Positions 41,745-45,301 of a stretch of DNA of 45,301 nt are shown here, one piece after another. The notes below the pieces were generated by a model. That model did no database searches. It worked only from the letters and a program-made list of their open reading frames with translations, and was not told the DNA's origin. Source of the stretch: Pachysolen tannophilus NRRL Y-2460 (lineage: Eukaryota). A program made the position numbers and the translations under genes. The stretch's first letter is position 1; the number at the start of each line of letters is the position of its first letter. The DNA lies in NCBI GenBank assembly GCA_001661245.1, contig KV454013.1, positions 393,005 to 438,305 on the forward strand. The letters are read 5' to 3'.

Positions 41745-44700
41745 TCATTTATCCTGATTAAACTCTTCTGCAATCACTTGTTCAACAAGTCTCTGAACTT
41801 CATCAGTGTCTCGTGCTTCACCAGAGTCATGAACTTCGTGTTCTTCTTCATATTTCTCATTATTACTGTCTTTTGATTCTTGAGGAACAGTCTCATTATT
41901 AACATTGTCATTATAGTTCTCTGTAGAATCAGTGGCTTCAACAATCAAATTCTTTAAAATATTATCATAATCAGGTGCATTTTTTTCACCGTGTTGTTTT
42001 CTTTCCGATTCCGGATGCTCAATTTGCAGATCTTCCGGGTTCGGGTTATTTTCTGGAGTTTCCGTTGATTTTGAAACAACAGCCTTATGTGATGTTCCAA
42101 GATCAGCAGCATCGTCTTTATTAGGAATTGATTTCAGATCCTTAGAGCCAATATCACCTTCATTGGCATCAGAACTAGATAATGGAGTTTTCAGTTGAGA
42201 ATTATTTTCAACTTCTTTTATAATTGTTGATTGCAGAGGTCTCTCTGCCAGTTTATTGTTTAATTGTACAAACATGTTATTTTCATCATCCACCTGTTGC
42301 GGCCGTTCTTGTTTATCATCTTTTTCTTGTTCAGAATGCAGCTTTTCTTCATTCTCTGACGCTATTACTGTTGATGAAGCAGCAGCTGCTGCGTCAACAT
42401 CTTTTTGCTGAATCTTTTGCGGTCTTGCTCTGTTTTTTGCACTTTTTCTTCCCTTTTTCAATCTTGTTTGTGATGTACCTCCACCTCTATTAAGATCACC
42501 GGTGACATCGGCTAAATAATCAGGGACTGGAATCCCATTCTTCAAGAAAAAAATTTTCCAATTTCTAGCTTTATCTTTCAACTGAACCTGTGTTCTATTC
42601 TTTAAAGCTTCGGATATACTTCCTCCAGCTCCATATAATTCTAAAATTTCCGACCAAAAAGGACCTTTTAATTTCAAACCTTCTTTTAAAGCAAGTTCTT
42701 CTGATCTTATCCATGGTCTACGATGAAGATGTCTCATTGCTGCCTGGTGTTGCATCGTAGTTTCACGATACTGTATCTGGATTTCTGATGGTAAAAGATC
42801 TGGATTATAATTTCTAAGCGATTCAAGTACAGTAGAAGAAGTATTAGGTGTTGGTCTTGACAATTGTGGTTGATCTTTAGTTGTACTCTCAGTCAGTAAT
42901 AGTGGGGAAGAATACTTCGGTGATTGCGACTGCGACTGTAATTGTGATTGTGATTGTGACTGAGACTGTAATTGTGATTGTGATTGTGATTGTTGTTGAA
43001 CTTGTGTCTGTGGTTGCTTTTGAGGTGCTTGTAAAGATTTATCTCTCGTTGTAGTTGATGTATTTATGTTTTTAAAAGTACTCTTACTACCCCATACAAG
43101 AGTCCCTATTAATTTTTTAGAAAATTCAAAAAAATCTTTTAAAAATGCCAACCAATCATATTTCTCACTTAAATCTTCATCTATGGTAGCATTTAATAAT
43201 TTTTCTTTTCTAGTTTGACAACGTGATATGAATTCCAATTCCGAAGGTGTTAAATATTTTTCTCTTTCTTTTTGAATTGATAAGTTCAGTGATTCAAAGT
43301 TAAACATTGGATTTTTTCTCTTTATCAAGAATATTTCTAAATTTTTAGGGAAAATATCTTCCAATATACTTTCCTTTGTTCTTTCATTTGTTTCAATTGC
43401 CGAAATATATGCCTGAGTTTTCAATTCTAAATATAAAGTTGCTTGTGATTTTGAAAGTTTCCCCACAGATGGCATCGATTCAACAACATTTGATTTTGAC
43501 AGGGAAGGAACGGATAATGATGATTTTATAGTTGTAGCAGAATTTTGGGTCAAATTATTTATATCTTTGGAAATATCTAAGGAAGAACCAGGACAAAAAA
43601 CGTCCAAAAAAGATTCATTTAAGAAATAAAATCCGATATCCATTGTACCCAATGTTGCATTTAAAAAAGTGGCCAAATTAACTTTTCTTATTGTAGCTAT
43701 TATTGTATCTTCTTTACCTAATAAGAAATCAGGAGCTTGTTTACCTTCTTTCCACATTCCAAAAGTCAAATGTTCAATTGATAAAAATGGATCTTCTGAT
43801 GAGTATAAATTTTTAATATTATCGAACATACTAATTAAAGTTTGATAAGACATTCCTTCCAATGTATCGTTATTTGCAACAAGATCCAATATTTTCTGAT
43901 ACGGTGTTGCAACAATAATTCTCAATATTTGTGTTGCAAATATATCCAATGAAGGAATAGTATTGATCAATAATTGAACGTTGGCGGGCAAATGTGGTGG
44001 AGCTACAAGTTTCAAAGGCAATACATCCAATGATTTATTGAAAAGTGAAGGCAGCAGCAGCAGAACTGGCAGCAGCAAAGTCGGTTCTGGCAGTTCTGGC
44101 AGAGACAGAGGCAGTTCTGGTATCGGTTCTGGTATCGGTTCTGCTATAGGTTCTACTGACAGTGCTGGTATCAGTGCTGGTGACAGCATATGTTTAGTAC
44201 CATCACCATCATTTTTCAATTGTGCATGGTGTTCTTCAATAGCCTCCAGAAATTGCAGCTCCAAATCATCAATATCCATAGAACTTCTTTCCTTTTCAAC
44301 AGTGGTAGTATTATTATCGGATGTATCATTGGGTATATCATTGAGTACATCTTTGGGCCCACCGGTGGGCACAACGGTAGGTACACTGGTGGTGGTGGTA
44401 TCATTAGCGGTATCACTTACGATACCATCGGCGGCTACATCCAGCGCCAGTGCTAACTCCAGTGCCAGCCCCACACTACTATCATGATTATCAACATTAT
44501 CACCACTATTACCGCTGTTGCCCAGATCAACTTTACTCCCATCACCGTTACTGTCTCTATCAGAATCGTTCTGTTCATCACTTTCATCATCATCATCATC
44601 ATCATTGGCGCTACCTTGAAATAACTTTATCTTTTTCGCAACGTTTATCATCAAATCACCCAGCGCTCTTTTCGAAACAGACACATTCGACACACTCAGC

Positions 44701-44756
44701 TCATCGCGCCCACGAAAATCATCTCCGCTGGCCTCGGAACTACCTGGTCCATCCAT
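41745..44756 (-). CDS. TBF1: Telobox Myb-domain factor Tbf1 with long low-complexity extensions
   Basis: IRKVNLATF, GFYFLNESFLDVF, LYLELKTQAYIS and telobox Myb domain RRPW..EE..L...W..IL.LYGAGG..SE.LKNRTQVQLKDKARNWK. Confidence 0.93.
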   Translation of the reverse strand: MDGPGSSEASGDDFRGRDELSVSNVSVSKRALGDLMINVAKKIKLFQGSANDDDDDDESDEQNDSDRDSNGDGSKVDLGNSGNSGDNVDNHDSSVGLALELALALDVAADGIVSDTANDTTTTSVPTVVPTGGPKDVLNDIPNDTSDNNTTTVEKERSSMDIDDLELQFLEAIEEHHAQLKNDGDGTKHMLSPALIPALSVEPIAEPIPEPIPELPLSLPELPEPTLLLPVLLLLPSLFNKSLDVLPLKLVAPPHLPANVQLLINTIPSLDIFATQILRIIVATPYQKILDLVANNDTLEGMSYQTLISMFDNIKNLYSSEDPFLSIEHLTFGMWKEGKQAPDFLLGKEDTIIATIRKVNLATFLNATLGTMDIGFYFLNESFLDVFCPGSSLDISKDINNLTQNSATTIKSSLSVPSLSKSNVVESMPSVGKLSKSQATLYLELKTQAYISAIETNERTKESILEDIFPKNLEIFLIKRKNPMFNFESLNLSIQKEREKYLTPSELEFISRCQTRKEKLLNATIDEDLSEKYDWLAFLKDFFEFSKKLIGTLVWGSKSTFKNINTSTTTRDKSLQAPQKQPQTQVQQQSQSQSQLQSQSQSQSQLQSQSQSPKYSSPLLLTESTTKDQPQLSRPTPNTSSTVLESLRNYNPDLLPSEIQIQYRETTMQHQAAMRHLHRRPWIRSEELALKEGLKLKGPFWSEILELYGAGGSISEALKNRTQVQLKDKARNWKIFFLKNGIPVPDYLADVTGDLNRGGGTSQTRLKKGRKSAKNRARPQKIQQKDVDAAAAASSTVIASENEEKLHSEQEKDDKQERPQQVDDENNMFVQLNNKLAERPLQSTIIKEVENNSQLKTPLSSSDANEGDIGSKDLKSIPNKDDAADLGTSHKAVVSKSTETPENNPNPEDLQIEHPESERKQHGEKNAPDYDNILKNLIVEATDSTENYNDNVNNETVPQESKDSNNEKYEEEHEVHDSGEARDTDEVQRLVEQVIAEEFNQDK
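42921..42995 (-). repeat. Coding hexamer repeat (CAATCA)n encoding QS dipeptides in Tbf1
   Basis: Plus-strand tgattgtgattg arrays; protein QSQSQSQLQSQSQSQSQLQSQSQS. Confidence 0.85.
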
Positions 44757-45259
44757 TGCAAGTCTATTAAGTATAACAACATATATATAAATATATATTT
44801 ATATATATATTTATTTGTATATATAAAAATTTGCTTACAATATACGAAAACAAATAACAAAAACTAAAAAAATATAACTAACAAAATTGGTTAGCGCCGA
44901 CACGACCTTTTTATTAGTAAAAATTTTAAAAAAAGTGGTTTTTTTCCCTTATATTGTGATTTTATTACAAGCACAAGGTTATATAACACTTAAGTGTAAT
45001 ATAGTAAAAGAATTGAAATAGGTTAAAGGGTAATAACAAGTTTAATATGGTAGGTAAAATATATATTTATCAATTAATATCATTCACTTGTCAGTTCATT
45101 ACTAGATACCAATGATTCTTCTTAATCTTTTCTTTTTCCTTCTTTTTTTTTTCTTTTAATATTATTATTAATAATTTAATAAATTTAATTATAGTTATAC
45201 ACGCTTGGTTTTGAGGGCGGTTCTGTTTTTACTTTATTATTCTTCTTTCTTTTGTTTAT

Positions 45260-45301
<42 letters not shown>

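Noticed and set aside
4147..44770. Many short antisense or overlapping ORFs (e.g. 4147, 8105, 9758, 16923, 18816, 24973, 43981, 44450)
   Set aside because: Shadow frames of real genes or low-complexity intergenic DNA, mostly with non-ATG starts and no recognisable motifs.
1..45301. tRNA genes (including tRNA-CAG), transposons, CRISPR arrays
   Set aside because: No A/B-box cloverleaf, LTR pair, transposase/RT ORF or repeat-spacer array was visible.

Overview
This is about 45 kb of very AT-rich budding-yeast (Saccharomycotina) nuclear DNA with two N-gaps. It encodes about 22 genes: PAT1 (partial), IMG2, POC4-like, PXA1, YOR238W-like, PPG1, SSK2, KES1/OSH4, DFR1, RSA4, RPL33, complex I subunit NIMM/NDUFA1, KIN4, MGE1, MKK1/2, RFC1, RUD3, AIM41, a GPI protein at the SPO19/SPR2 position, TAF14, STE4 and TBF1. 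The strongest hidden signal is a non-standard genetic code. In-frame CTG codons sit at conserved Ala positions in five unrelated proteins and form runs inside Ala/Pro-rich tracts, so CUG=Ala and the supplied ORF track mistranslates them. This code is already known from the Pachysolen/Nakazawaea/Peterozyma clade; the species cannot be fixed from sequence alone. I reconstructed seven spliceosomal introns that the ORF track misses. One has weak signals, and its retention would turn a GPI-anchored protein into a secreted one. AIM41 has an apparent +1 frameshift in an A8 run. I saw no tRNA, rRNA, transposon or CRISPR, and no wholly new multi-gene system. All homolog comparisons are from memory, not database searches.
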